A DNA stretch of 53,151 bases from an uncultured Dehalococcoidia bacterium (lineage in GTDB: Bacteria; Chloroflexota; Dehalococcoidia; DSTF01; WHTK01): assembly GCA_964572535.1 (NCBI GenBank), contig CAZNHI010000001.1, forward strand, positions 1-53,151. The letters run 5' to 3'. Below the pieces are notes generated by a model, which did no database searches, was not told the DNA's origin, and saw only the letters and a list, made by a program, of their open reading frames with translations. Of this stretch, positions 19,485-28,810 are shown piece by piece. Each line of letters begins with the position of its first letter. The first letter of the stretch is position 1. The translations under genes and the position numbers were made by a program.

Positions 19485-20470
19485 GATCTGAGCAACGCCC
19501 GCGCCCTGCGCAACTGCATTCGCGCCCAGTGCGACGATCTCGGGTTGAGGTAGGTCAGGAACAGCAGTGCCAGCGCCTCCACAGTGGGGCGGCAGCGCAA
19601 CGACTGCCCTATACGGCGGCGCGCATCTCTGTTCCGGCCGGCGCCGAACAGCTTGGCGGCCACTGCATAGTGATGCAGGCTCTCAGCCCGGCGTTCCAGG
19701 CCGCAGGCTCTGAGTTCCGGCCGGCGCTTCTCGATCGCGATTCCGCGGTAATACTCAAAGCGCTCCACGGAGCCACGCTGAATGCTTCCTTCTCTGAGCT
19801 GCACCGTCGCCAGAGGCTCTGCGATCGACGCGATCTTGTACCTGCTCACGATGCGAGTCCAAAGGTCCCAGTCGCCGAACGCTCTGACGCTTGAGTCATA
19901 GCCGCCTACAGCGTCGAATGCGGTCCGGCGTACCACCACGGTTGAGGTAGCCAGCCTGTCCTGGCACAGGATCTCGTGGTAGTCGTTCGCTTTCCGGTGT
20001 GCGGGCCGCAGGCGCGATTCTCCGCTCGGGAAGACGTCGATGACCGCTCCATGCACCAGGGCAACGTCGGGGCGCTCTCGTAGCAGCTTCACCTGACGCG
20101 ACAACTTGCCGGGTACCCACTCATCATCATCATCGATGAAGGCCAGGAGCTCGCCCTTGGAAGACTCGATAGCGTGCGTGCGCGCGGCGTAGAGCCCGGC
20201 GTTGGCCTTCATACTCAACGGTACCAGACGCGGGTCGGTCACACTTCCCACCACACTGGAGGTCGCGTCTGTGGAGCCATCGTCTACGACAACTAGCTCG
20301 AAGTTCGTATAGTCTTGCCGCAGGACGCTCTGGATGGCGTTGAGGATGCGCCCTCCACCGTTATAGGTAGACAGAATCACCGAAACCAACGGCTCCTCTT
20401 GCGCATGCGTCGCGCCAGGCTTCATCCAGCTGGACTGGCTCGTCACGACGCTAGCGCCTCGACCTTCCAC
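19481..20470 (-). CDS. GT2 glycosyltransferase
   Basis: VSVILSTYNGGGRILNAIQSVLRQDYTNFELVVVDDGSTDAT and FIDDDDEW. An alternative start is ATG 20425. Confidence 0.85.
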   Translation of the reverse strand: MEGRGASVVTSQSSWMKPGATHAQEEPLVSVILSTYNGGGRILNAIQSVLRQDYTNFELVVVDDGSTDATSSVVGSVTDPRLVPLSMKANAGLYAARTHAIESSKGELLAFIDDDDEWVPGKLSRQVKLLRERPDVALVHGAVIDVFPSGESRLRPAHRKANDYHEILCQDRLATSTVVVRRTAFDAVGGYDSSVRAFGDWDLWTRIVSRYKIASIAEPLATVQLREGSIQRGSVERFEYYRGIAIEKRRPELRACGLERRAESLHHYAVAAKLFGAGRNRDARRRIGQSLRCRPTVEALALLFLTYLNPRSSHWARMQLRRARALLRS

Positions 20471-21356
20471 CGAGCATCAGCCTCAGCCTCTCAGCTGCAG
20501 TCAAGTAGCGGACGAAGAGCATCACGCCGAGGACTCGAAGGCCCGTGCCAAGCCCCTGGGTCTTCTCATCGCTCCTGATCTTGCTGATGGCCCTGAACGG
20601 CGGCCTGAGGCTCCAAAGCAGGTCCTTGACCAGGTCCCAGTAGTGGCTGCCCGGCCGCTGTTTGATGCGGTCAAAACGGCCACCGCTCACCCGGACAATC
20701 TTGCGCGCCAGTTCTGACAAAGTCCTCCGCGCGGGGTGCCCTACGCAGACGTCATCACCGTACACAACCTTGTAGCCGGCGGCGACGACTCGCTCACCCC
20801 ACTCGCGGTCGCCACCGGATTTCAAACGGCTGTTGAACAGTCCAACCTTCTCGAACACATCCCGGCGCGTAATCAGGTTGGCCGTCACGGCGTATTGGTC
20901 GATCGAGATGTACTCCTCCTGAGGAAAGCCCCATAGCGCGTCGAACAACTCGACAGCCGTCGGGCGCTTTTCGTCGGCAAAGAAGATGTCGATCCTGCCG
21001 CCGACCAGCCCGCAGCCGGCGTTCTGGGCCAGCGTTTGCACACCATTGGCCAGCCAGTCCTCGTGCGGGATGCAGTCACCGTCTGTGAAGGCCAGGACGT
21101 CCGCCTTCGCCAGCTCAATGCCCTTGTTGCGGGCAGCGTAAGAGCCGGGCTGAGCCTCGTAGGCAGCGACCGCGTGCTTGAATTTGCTGATTGTCGGCTG
21201 CATCGGCTCGCTCGAGCCGTTATCGACTACCACAACCTCGTAGCGATCAGACGCGTAGCGCTGGGCTTCCAGGGCCTTGAGGCACTTCTCCAGCCGGATC
21301 GCATCGTTGTAGACGGGGATGATAACGCTGACGAAAGGTATGGAGGATCTGCTCAC
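20451..21356 (-). CDS. GT2 glycosyltransferase
   Basis: VSVIIPVYNDAIRLEKCLKALEAQ..YEVVVVDNGSSEP and FTDGDCIP. Confidence 0.85.
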   Translation of the reverse strand: MSRSSIPFVSVIIPVYNDAIRLEKCLKALEAQRYASDRYEVVVVDNGSSEPMQPTISKFKHAVAAYEAQPGSYAARNKGIELAKADVLAFTDGDCIPHEDWLANGVQTLAQNAGCGLVGGRIDIFFADEKRPTAVELFDALWGFPQEEYISIDQYAVTANLITRRDVFEKVGLFNSRLKSGGDREWGERVVAAGYKVVYGDDVCVGHPARRTLSELARKIVRVSGGRFDRIKQRPGSHYWDLVKDLLWSLRPPFRAISKIRSDEKTQGLGTGLRVLGVMLFVRYLTAAERLRLMLGGRSRR

Positions 21357-21381
21357 GAGGCGGTGCCCTTCATTCGCGGAG

Positions 21382-22320
21382 CTACGATACCGCTTCCTGG
21401 TACTCCGCCTGGGCGCGTAGGCCCTGCGCCAGCGGCGTCGACGGACTGTAGCCCAGCAGCTCCCGAGCCAGTGTGATGTCCGCCCCCGTCACCTCAACGT
21501 CGCCCAGCTGCCTGGGTTCCCTCTTGATCCGCAACGGCTTGTCCAGGATCTTGCTTATCTCATTCAGAACGTCGGCGAGGGCGACGCTTTTACCTCCACC
21601 CACGTTGAGCGCCAAGCCTGCAGCTTCGCAAATGCCCGCTTGGATAGTTGCCTGCACGGCGTCCGCGACAAACGTGAAGTCCCTACGCTGTGTCCCATCG
21701 CCGTAGACGACGACTTCACTCCCCTGGTTCATCCAGGTTATGAAGCGGTTGAACGCCATGTCGGGCCGCTGCCGTGGCCCGTACACGGTGAAGTAGCGCA
21801 AGGCAACGATCGGGATACCAAACGTCTGCCCGTATGCCAGGCAGAGTTTCTCTGCTGCCAGCTTCGACACACCATACGGAGATACCGGCAACTGCGGACT
21901 GCTCTCGGCTGTGGGGTAATGAGCACTGTTACCGTACACCGAAGAGGATGAGGCGAAGACAAACTTCCGCAGACTACGGGATCTTGCGGCCTCAAGCATC
22001 TTCTGCGTCAGGACGATGTTGCGCTCAACATGCGTGCGGAAGTCTGTGCCCCAGCTGCCCCTGACTCCCGGCTGGCCCGCCAGGTGGAAGACAACATCGA
22101 TTCCGTCGAGCAAATCCTCAATGTTGGCCTCCAGCAGGTCCGCCGTGACCAGCCGAAAGTCTCTGTCACGGAGTGAGGCCTCGAGGTTGCGCTCCTTAAC
22201 TAAGTTGTCGTAGTAGTCCGTGAACGAGTCGACGCCGGTCACGCACCAGCCTTCACTGAGGAGCTTATCAGTGAGGTGTGACCCAATGAAGCCCGCGGCT
22301 CCCGTAATCAACGCGTTCAT
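21382..22320 (-). CDS. Extended SDR, NDP-sugar epimerase (UDP-glucuronate 4-epimerase-like)
   Basis: ITGAAGFIGSHL, VTGVDSFTDYYDNLVKERNL (the xDYYD motif typical of UDP-GlcA 4-epimerases), SSSSVYG and YGVSKLAAE. GGGAGA SD is present. Confidence 0.7.
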   Translation of the reverse strand: MNALITGAAGFIGSHLTDKLLSEGWCVTGVDSFTDYYDNLVKERNLEASLRDRDFRLVTADLLEANIEDLLDGIDVVFHLAGQPGVRGSWGTDFRTHVERNIVLTQKMLEAARSRSLRKFVFASSSSVYGNSAHYPTAESSPQLPVSPYGVSKLAAEKLCLAYGQTFGIPIVALRYFTVYGPRQRPDMAFNRFITWMNQGSEVVVYGDGTQRRDFTFVADAVQATIQAGICEAAGLALNVGGGKSVALADVLNEISKILDKPLRIKREPRQLGDVEVTGADITLARELLGYSPSTPLAQGLRAQAEYQEAVS

Positions 22321-22349
22321 GTACTAGTCTCCCATCTCAATCATGCGGC

Positions 22350-23489
22350 TCAGCTCGGCTGTCGCGCTAGCTCGAAGAAGAGGCGACGATAGGCTTCGTA
22401 TACGTACTCAGTCTCCCATTCTGTCAAGTCTACCGCCGCAGCTGCGTTGTCCGCCCCGAGATAAGGGACGGTCGCCCGAGCCGCAGCCGTGGGATCTCGG
22501 GCGGAAGTAATGGTCCCGGTGGCGCCCAGCGAAATCAGCTCCAACGCCCCATCTACCGGATAGGACACGAACGGACGCCGCACGCCCGCGGCTTGCACCA
22601 GCACCTGAGGCATCCCTTCTGCCTGGCTCAGAAGGACCACACAGTCAGACGCAGCCATGACGGTGGCTACCTCTCTGGTGAAGCCGAGAAACGTGACCGC
22701 ACCCGACAAGCCCTGTGCAGCGAACGCGGCCCGCAACTGAGACTCCAGCTCGCCTTCGCCGGCGATCAGCAGCCGGACAGGCCGAGGGCTCGCCGCTCTC
22801 AACGCCCGCAGATATGCCGGCAGCTCCAGGACGCCCTTGCGCGCCTGCAGGCTACCAACGTGACACACCAGGCTCTCGTCCGGCGGCAGGCCCAGCATGC
22901 AATGAGCTTCGCGGCGCTCCAGCCTGCTAGCCTCCTGGAAGCGCTTGACATCGATAGACGTCCGGACGATGTGGTAGCGGTCTGCAGATCCAATCTTGGA
23001 CTCAATGTATCGCCGCTTGAGGTCTCCTCCCACCACGATGTAGGCATCTGTCCACAAGCCGACAAGTCGCTCAGCATTACGAAACACCGGCGACAACGAA
23101 CTCAAGCCGTCGTCGAAGAAGTTGGCCATTGAGAGGCTATGCAGGACGACAGGGGTGCCGGCCAGCTTTGCCGCGAGGCGCCCGAGGATACCGGCTTTGG
23201 ACTGGCAGGTGTGTACGACGTCAAATCGGCCCCTTCTGATGAATCGTGTCATACCCATCAGCGCCAGAAGGTCATCGCGTGGACCGATCTCCCGCCGCAA
23301 ATGCGGTTCGATCGTGATGCGGCACTCGCCGAGCCTTTCGCGTATTTTGTCGAGGTCGTGGTCGATGCCAAGCAAGAGGCGATGCTCGAACTCATCCCCT
23401 GGCAAGGCACGTATCACGTCTGTCAGTCTGCCCTCGGAACCACCGTCGAGGAACCGGGTAGCGATGTGCAGAACCGTCTTGCGCTTCAA
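22350..23489 (-). CDS. GT4 glycosyltransferase
   Basis: LHIATRFLDGGSE in the N-domain and SQAEGMPQVLVQAAGVRRPFV in the C-domain. TTG start has AGGAG 7 nt upstream. Confidence 0.75.
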   Translation of the reverse strand: MKRKTVLHIATRFLDGGSEGRLTDVIRALPGDEFEHRLLLGIDHDLDKIRERLGECRITIEPHLRREIGPRDDLLALMGMTRFIRRGRFDVVHTCQSKAGILGRLAAKLAGTPVVLHSLSMANFFDDGLSSLSPVFRNAERLVGLWTDAYIVVGGDLKRRYIESKIGSADRYHIVRTSIDVKRFQEASRLERREAHCMLGLPPDESLVCHVGSLQARKGVLELPAYLRALRAASPRPVRLLIAGEGELESQLRAAFAAQGLSGAVTFLGFTREVATVMAASDCVVLLSQAEGMPQVLVQAAGVRRPFVSYPVDGALELISLGATGTITSARDPTAAARATVPYLGADNAAAAVDLTEWETEYVYEAYRRLFFELARQPS

Positions 23490-23532
23490 GCAGCAACTCC
23501 TAGACCCAAGGCAGAGTTGCGGACCAGACTCC

Positions 23533-24252
23533 TCAAACTCCCTCGCCTCTCATGGGTACGGCCAGGGTTCGCAGCAGGATTTTAAGGTCACCGGCAAGAT
23601 TCGCGTTCCGGCAGTAGTCCAACTCGACGTACATGCGCTCTGGATAGGTGATGCGCCCGCGGCCCTCTAGCTGCCACTGGCCCGTCATCCCAGGCCTCAT
23701 GGAAAGCAATTCCTGCCTGGCGTCTCCGTACTTTTTGAGCTCTGCCTCACTCACAGGCCGCGGCCCCACCAGGCTCATCTGGCCCCGCAGAACATTCCAG
23801 ATCTGCGGGAGCTCGTCCAGGCTCGTCCTCCTCATCATTCGCCCCAGGCGTGTCACTCTCGGATCGTTTTTCAGTTTGAACTCGGTGTCGAATGCCCCTA
23901 CCAGGTCACTGCCGGTTTCCCGCCAGTGCGCCAGCAGTCGATCCGCATCCTTGATCATGGACCTGATCTTCCACATCCTGAACTGTCCATGCTTGCCCCT
24001 ACGGACGGAGCCATAGAATGGGGGCCACCCGCAAGTCAGGACAACAGCAAATGCAAGCACCAGCACGATAGGCGCCATCAAAATCATCAGCATGAAAGCG
24101 ATAACTATGTCAAGTATGCGCTTGCCGTATTTACGATAGAATGTTTCAGGTGCGATTCGCGATCGCGATTCACTCGCATCTGTTGAAACCAAACTCCCGA
24201 AACGCTTGAGTGCTGTTTCGTTCTTTCCCTTAGATTCGACGTTCATAAGCAT
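23533..24252 (-). CDS. Initiating sugar-phosphate transferase (Bac_transf / small WbaP-EpsL type PGT)
   Basis: KRILDIVIAFMLMILMAPIVLVLAF (TM helix), FRMWKIRSM, DPRVTRLGRMMRRTSLDELPQIWNVLRGQMSLVGPRP. Confidence 0.9.
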   Translation of the reverse strand: MLMNVESKGKNETALKRFGSLVSTDASESRSRIAPETFYRKYGKRILDIVIAFMLMILMAPIVLVLAFAVVLTCGWPPFYGSVRRGKHGQFRMWKIRSMIKDADRLLAHWRETGSDLVGAFDTEFKLKNDPRVTRLGRMMRRTSLDELPQIWNVLRGQMSLVGPRPVSEAELKKYGDARQELLSMRPGMTGQWQLEGRGRITYPERMYVELDYCRNANLAGDLKILLRTLAVPMRGEGV

Positions 24253-24953
24253 TCTACAGCGCTAACTCAAGACTTCCGATTTCTGAGTTGAGCAGCTCCC
24301 CGGTCTTAGCGAAGCCACCTCACTTGACGTCCTCATGCAGGCTTGGATCCCCGATGCCAGCCCAGCTACAAGGAGCCGAGCAGCATTCTATCTCGCACAA
24401 TTAAGCTCGCTAGCATGCTTTTAGTGCTGATGACAGCTGACGAAAATCGGTGCGTCATGGACTCCATTCCTTAGGTGAAGAAGCCAAGCTCCCCACGCAA
24501 AGCGCAGCTAGACGTTGCGCTTCCTTCGAAAACCAGGAACGATACTCCGCGAAGAATGTTACATGGACTGTATCTCTGTTGAGCGAGGCACGTATTAAGG
24601 TTTCACTAAGAAGCGCATTTCATCTCTATCCCAAGTAACGACGGCTGTCAAAGCTCGATAGTCTGGGTTCGCAGAGGTCACCCTGAAGTGCGGGATGAGC
24701 ATCATTTCTCCTTGACAGGGCAGGCTTCTTTTCCTGACATTTCGGTGGTCAGCATCACGATGCGTCAAGTCTCCCAGCAGGCTCGTCGAGTTTCCGGGGA
24801 GGTCGCCGTAGCCCGCGGCTGACATACCTCTCGGCTCCGCAGGAGACGCGTCTGAGGCGCACACAATCCTGCCGCCACCAGGCCGGATGCGGTCATGGGG
24901 ACAGAATCCGCCGCCGCGATACTGCATGCCCGCGCCGGCCCGTTAACCCGATA

Positions 24954-25976
24954 TCAAGGGTTGACGCGCTCAAGCTTGTCGAGACGTGCCGTAAGCGCCT
25001 TCAGGCGGATGTAGAGCGGCCCCTCGATAATCTCTTTCGTCATGCCGAATCTCTTATAGTCTTCATGCAACTCGGCGGCGCCGCTGCGAACTGTGTGCAG
25101 GAACTTGAAGTCTGGGAACGTCCTTTCAAACTTCTCGAAGCTGACGCGATAGTCTCGCGAGTCGGGCGAGCCTTCACCCGTGTATACGACTGTGCAGTCC
25201 TTCACAGTTTCCTTGACGATATCCACGAGTTCTCTCACCCGGTAGTTCTCATCACTTCGGCCGAAGTTAAAGATCTGGTTGTGGATCAGATCTCTTGGCG
25301 CCTCCGCAATCATGGCCATCCCTCTAGCGATGTCCCGGCAGTGCACCAGTGGCCGCCAGGGCGAGCCGTCGCTGATCACCCTTATCTCCCCCGTCGCGTA
25401 ACCCCAGGCCAACAAGTTGTTCAACACCAGGTCAAGTCGCAGCCTGGGCGAACTGCCATAGGCCGTCGCGTTGCGCAGCGAGACGGGTGAAAAGGAGTCA
25501 TCCGCCATTTCGAAGAGCACGCCTTCTGACTGAATCTTCGTTTCACCGTAAGTGGTTACGGGCACGCTTTCATCTTCCTCAGTGAGGATGGCGTCGCCTG
25601 ACTTCCCGTAGATGCTGCAGGAGCTGGAGAAGATAAACCGTGGGACGCCGGCCGCTTTCGCGCACTCCGCAAGACGCACCGTTCCCTGGTGGTTCACTCT
25701 TCGTGTCAGCTCGTGGTCCAGTTCACCCAGGGGATCGTTAGACAACCCCGCGAGGTGGATCACAGCGTCGATGTCTTCGAAATCGCTCGGTTCCACCTCG
25801 AGAATGTCCTTGATCAGGCTCTCGTGCGGCTGCGGCACCGTATAGAAGTCGCAGCCTTCGTACAAGTCAATGTCGATGCCTCTGACCTTGTGTCCGGCCT
25901 TCATTAGCACGTCAACAGCGTGCGTTCCGATGTAGCCAAGATGTCCGGTTACGAGAATTCTTGCCAAAGTATTCAC
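24954..25976 (-). CDS. Extended SDR, NDP-sugar epimerase/reductase-type
   Basis: ILVTGHLGYIGTHAVDVL, HLAGLSNDP, SSSCSIYG and YGETKIQSE (S-Y-K triad). It lacks the TDE / SDKCY signature of 4,6-dehydratases. Confidence 0.75.
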   Translation of the reverse strand: MNTLARILVTGHLGYIGTHAVDVLMKAGHKVRGIDIDLYEGCDFYTVPQPHESLIKDILEVEPSDFEDIDAVIHLAGLSNDPLGELDHELTRRVNHQGTVRLAECAKAAGVPRFIFSSSCSIYGKSGDAILTEEDESVPVTTYGETKIQSEGVLFEMADDSFSPVSLRNATAYGSSPRLRLDLVLNNLLAWGYATGEIRVISDGSPWRPLVHCRDIARGMAMIAEAPRDLIHNQIFNFGRSDENYRVRELVDIVKETVKDCTVVYTGEGSPDSRDYRVSFEKFERTFPDFKFLHTVRSGAAELHEDYKRFGMTKEIIEGPLYIRLKALTARLDKLERVNP

Positions 25977-26008
25977 CTGTCCTTCTAAGGTTCTGAGTTA
26001 GTAGTCGT

Positions 26009-26458
26009 TCAGCCTTGCTTGAGAGCCCAGTCGTACGGGATCTCGTTTTCGAACGGGTCGACCCGCTCTATTTCTGAAGAGTCATACGGCTGGTCCAAGC
26101 AGATCGCGATGATGGCCTCCTGGGTAGAAATCCCCTTGACGCCGTTCCAGATGCCCGGCGGGATCGTGATCAGTTGGTAGTTATGCTCGCCGAGGAAGAA
26201 CTCGTTCACGTCGCCCTTCGTCGGAGAGTCAGGACGCGGGTCGTAGAGCGCCACCTTGATCATTCCGCTTACCGCCGTGTAGTTCAGCGTGACCCTCTGA
26301 TGCAGGTGCCAGCCTTTCACCACGCCGGGATTCACGACGGAGAAGTAAGCCTCGCCGAAGCCGCCGAAGATCGGCCAATCGGAGCGCATCAGGTGCATGA
26401 CGCGGCCGCGCTCGTCACAGATCTTCGCCAGGGGAGTCAGGTGAACGCCGTGAATCAT
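26009..26458 (-). CDS. RmlC-like cupin (NDP-4-keto-6-deoxyhexose 3,5-epimerase family)
   Basis: DERGRVMHLMR..GEAYFSVVNPGVVKGWHLHQ.. in a 149-aa small cupin. GAGGAAAGG SD is present. Confidence 0.65.
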   Translation of the reverse strand: MIHGVHLTPLAKICDERGRVMHLMRSDWPIFGGFGEAYFSVVNPGVVKGWHLHQRVTLNYTAVSGMIKVALYDPRPDSPTKGDVNEFFLGEHNYQLITIPPGIWNGVKGISTQEAIIAICLDQPYDSSEIERVDPFENEIPYDWALKQG

Positions 26459-26512
26459 CGCCTTTCCTCACGAGGTGAAACGGGGCGAAGCAGTTCAATT
26501 CCCCGGCCGACG

Positions 26513-27760
26513 TTAAACAACTCTCGGCTCCGGGACCGGGACGATGAACCTGCCGCCGGCCTGGCCGAAAGCCCGCTGCTGCTGGATGATCTCCTCGCTG
26601 AAGTTCCACGCCAGCAGCAGCAGATAGTCCGGCGGGTCCTGGGCTAGTTTCTCCGGAGGCAGAATCGGGAGGTGGCTGCCGGGCGTCCAGCGTCCGTACT
26701 TGTAAGGGCTCCGGTCGATGACGTACTCCAGCGTCTCGCTGCCGATTTCGCAGTAAGACAGCATCGTCATGCCCTTTGCCGCGGCACCGTACGCGGCGAT
26801 GCGTTTATTCTCTGCCTTCAGGCCGGACAGCAGCTCTCTCAACTTGACCTTGAGCTCAGATACGCGCTCTGCAAATTCGATGTAGGTCGGAAGCTCCATG
26901 AGTCCCTTGTCACGCTCCAGCTGCAACAACTCTTGCACAGCCGGACCTTCTTCTACGCCGGGGCCACTCTTGCGAGCGAAGACACGCAGCGAACCGCCGT
27001 GAATCGGCTTCCGGCGCACATCAAAGACTGTCAGGCCAACGGACCGGAAGAGCCTGGAGATCGCCTGGAGCGAGAAGTACGAAAGATGCTCGTGGTAAAT
27101 CGTGTCGAATTCGCAGTGCTCCAGAAGTTCCAGGAGGTGTGGGAACTCAAAACAGGCGACCCCATCCTCCGTCAGGAGTCCCTCGACGCCGTTCAGGAAG
27201 TCTTTGACTTCGTTCACGTGCGCCAGGACGTTGGTCCCAACGATCGCGCTGGCTTTCCCGTGGCTCCGGCCTACGGCCTCAGCCGTTCGCGAATCAAAGA
27301 ACTCGGTGACTACTTCCAGTCCGTCCTGGCGCGAAACCTCGGCGATGTTCAGCGCCGGTTCGACACCCAGGGTCCGGATTCCCAGTCTACGGAACTCCTT
27401 CAGCAACAACCCGTCGTTGCTGGCGATTTCCACCACCAGATCTTCACTGCCCAGCTTCGCGACGCCCGCCAGGTCAGACGCGAGTTCGGCAAAGTGAGTG
27501 CGCAGTGTGTCTGACGTGCTCGGTATATACAGGTAGTTCCGGAACAGCACGTCCGCCGGCACGATGTCGACTAGCTGTACGAGGCCGCAGCCCCCGCAGA
27601 AGTAAACCTCGAGCGGGACGCGGGGCTCGTCCTGGCGCAGTTGTTCCTCCGTCAGGTAGCTGTTAGCCAGAGGCGTTTCGCCTAGTGACAGGAACATCGT
27701 TAGTTCTCTGCTGCCACAGACGCGACACGCCTCGTTCTTCTTGCTGAGTGTATCCACCAT
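26513..27760 (-). CDS. NDP-hexose C-methyltransferase family (TylC3/NovU-type; Methyltransf_13 + Methyltransf_14)
   Basis: N-terminal zinc motif CRVCGS..FLSLGETPLANSYL..YFCGGCGLVQL, a class I MTase core, and a C-terminal ..GGRFIVPVPEPRVV tail. Its ATG is 1 nt after the upstream stop. Confidence 0.8.
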   Translation of the reverse strand: MVDTLSKKNEACRVCGSRELTMFLSLGETPLANSYLTEEQLRQDEPRVPLEVYFCGGCGLVQLVDIVPADVLFRNYLYIPSTSDTLRTHFAELASDLAGVAKLGSEDLVVEIASNDGLLLKEFRRLGIRTLGVEPALNIAEVSRQDGLEVVTEFFDSRTAEAVGRSHGKASAIVGTNVLAHVNEVKDFLNGVEGLLTEDGVACFEFPHLLELLEHCEFDTIYHEHLSYFSLQAISRLFRSVGLTVFDVRRKPIHGGSLRVFARKSGPGVEEGPAVQELLQLERDKGLMELPTYIEFAERVSELKVKLRELLSGLKAENKRIAAYGAAAKGMTMLSYCEIGSETLEYVIDRSPYKYGRWTPGSHLPILPPEKLAQDPPDYLLLLAWNFSEEIIQQQRAFGQAGGRFIVPVPEPRVV

Positions 27761-27761
27761 A

Positions 27762-28592
27762 TCAGCGCTCCCTAGTTACCATCAAAGAGTCGTTCGTCAG
27801 GTCCAAGGGTGGCCAAATCTGCCAGGGCCGTTCGTTTGCCTGCCACATTCCATTCAGGGCCTCGTAGTCCTTGCGCGTGTCCATGCAGCGCCAGAAGCCA
27901 TCGTGTTCGAATACCGCTAGTTCGCCCGTGGCAACGAGCTTGCCGAGCACGACATCCTCCAGGCCGGCATCAGAATCCAGGTGGTCGAAGATCGCACGAC
28001 TAAAGACAAAGAACCCACCGTTGATCCGGTGCTCCAGGAGCGGCTTCTCCTTATAGGATGTCGCTATGCCGCCTCGGGTCTCGATGACTCCGAACTGCGA
28101 CTCAGCTCTTGCGCCGGTGACCGTCCCGACCCTTGCCATCTGCAGGTGATAGGCCGCCAGCCGGCCGAGGGCGATATCGGCCAGGCCGTCGCCGTAGGTC
28201 AGCATGAAGCGATCGCTGTCAAAGAGATGCTCCACCTGTTTCACCCTGCCACCCGTGGGCGTGTTCTCCCCCGTGTAAGCAAAGGTGATGTTCCAGCCTG
28301 CATCACGCCGTTTATCTAGCGGCGGCACGCTGAATGGGGAGCGTTCACTGAACGACTCGTCCGAGAAGTAGGCTTCGATCAAGTCACCCTTATAGCCCAG
28401 GCAGAGCACAAAATCGGTGAACCCCTGGTGGGCGTATATTTTCATGATATGCCACAGGATTGGAAATCCACCGATCGGCACCAGAGGCTTCGGCAGACCC
28501 TGAGATACGTCCGATATCCGTGTCCCCTTACCGCCGCAGAGGATCACCACCGGCCATACCGTCGACTTACGTCGCGGTTCTTCGAGTCTCAT
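27762..28592 (-). CDS. rfbF: Glucose-1-phosphate cytidylyltransferase
   Basis: VVILCGGKGTRISDVSQGLPKPLVPIGGFPILWHIMKIYAHQGFTDFVLCLGYKGDLIEAYF closely matches RfbF. Start placed at ATG 28592; the ORF track extends to 28748. Confidence 0.9.
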   Translation of the reverse strand: MRLEEPRRKSTVWPVVILCGGKGTRISDVSQGLPKPLVPIGGFPILWHIMKIYAHQGFTDFVLCLGYKGDLIEAYFSDESFSERSPFSVPPLDKRRDAGWNITFAYTGENTPTGGRVKQVEHLFDSDRFMLTYGDGLADIALGRLAAYHLQMARVGTVTGARAESQFGVIETRGGIATSYKEKPLLEHRINGGFFVFSRAIFDHLDSDAGLEDVVLGKLVATGELAVFEHDGFWRCMDTRKDYEALNGMWQANERPWQIWPPLDLTNDSLMVTRER

Positions 28593-28810
28593 CCCGGGCG
28601 CCCAGCCACTAACGACTGCCTGATCAGCAGGGGACATGGTCTGTGCGAAACCTTGTGATTCGCTAGGCTGCCGTGCCGTCCTGCGCGAAAACGTGATTCT
28701 TGGCCGATGGAATCCATTCCTATTTCGAAACCCTCTTTCCCGAGGCATCCTTAATTCAGCTGACGATTTCTGACCCTACTCTTCTTTACAACGTCCTTGC
28801 AGGCCAAACA

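Noticed and set aside
23493-23520. Hairpin GCAACTC-N14-GAGTTGC between the PGT stop and the GT4 start, overlapping the GT4 SD
   Set aside because: A 7-bp stem of this kind is expected many times by chance. It may modulate coupling, but there is no supporting evidence from sequence alone.
24712-24740. Plus-strand TTGACA-N17-TGACAT promoter-like hexamers
   Set aside because: It would drive transcription antisense into the 3' end of the SDR gene. The -10 is poor, and the TTGACA is just the complement side of the minus-strand SD region noted in the findings.
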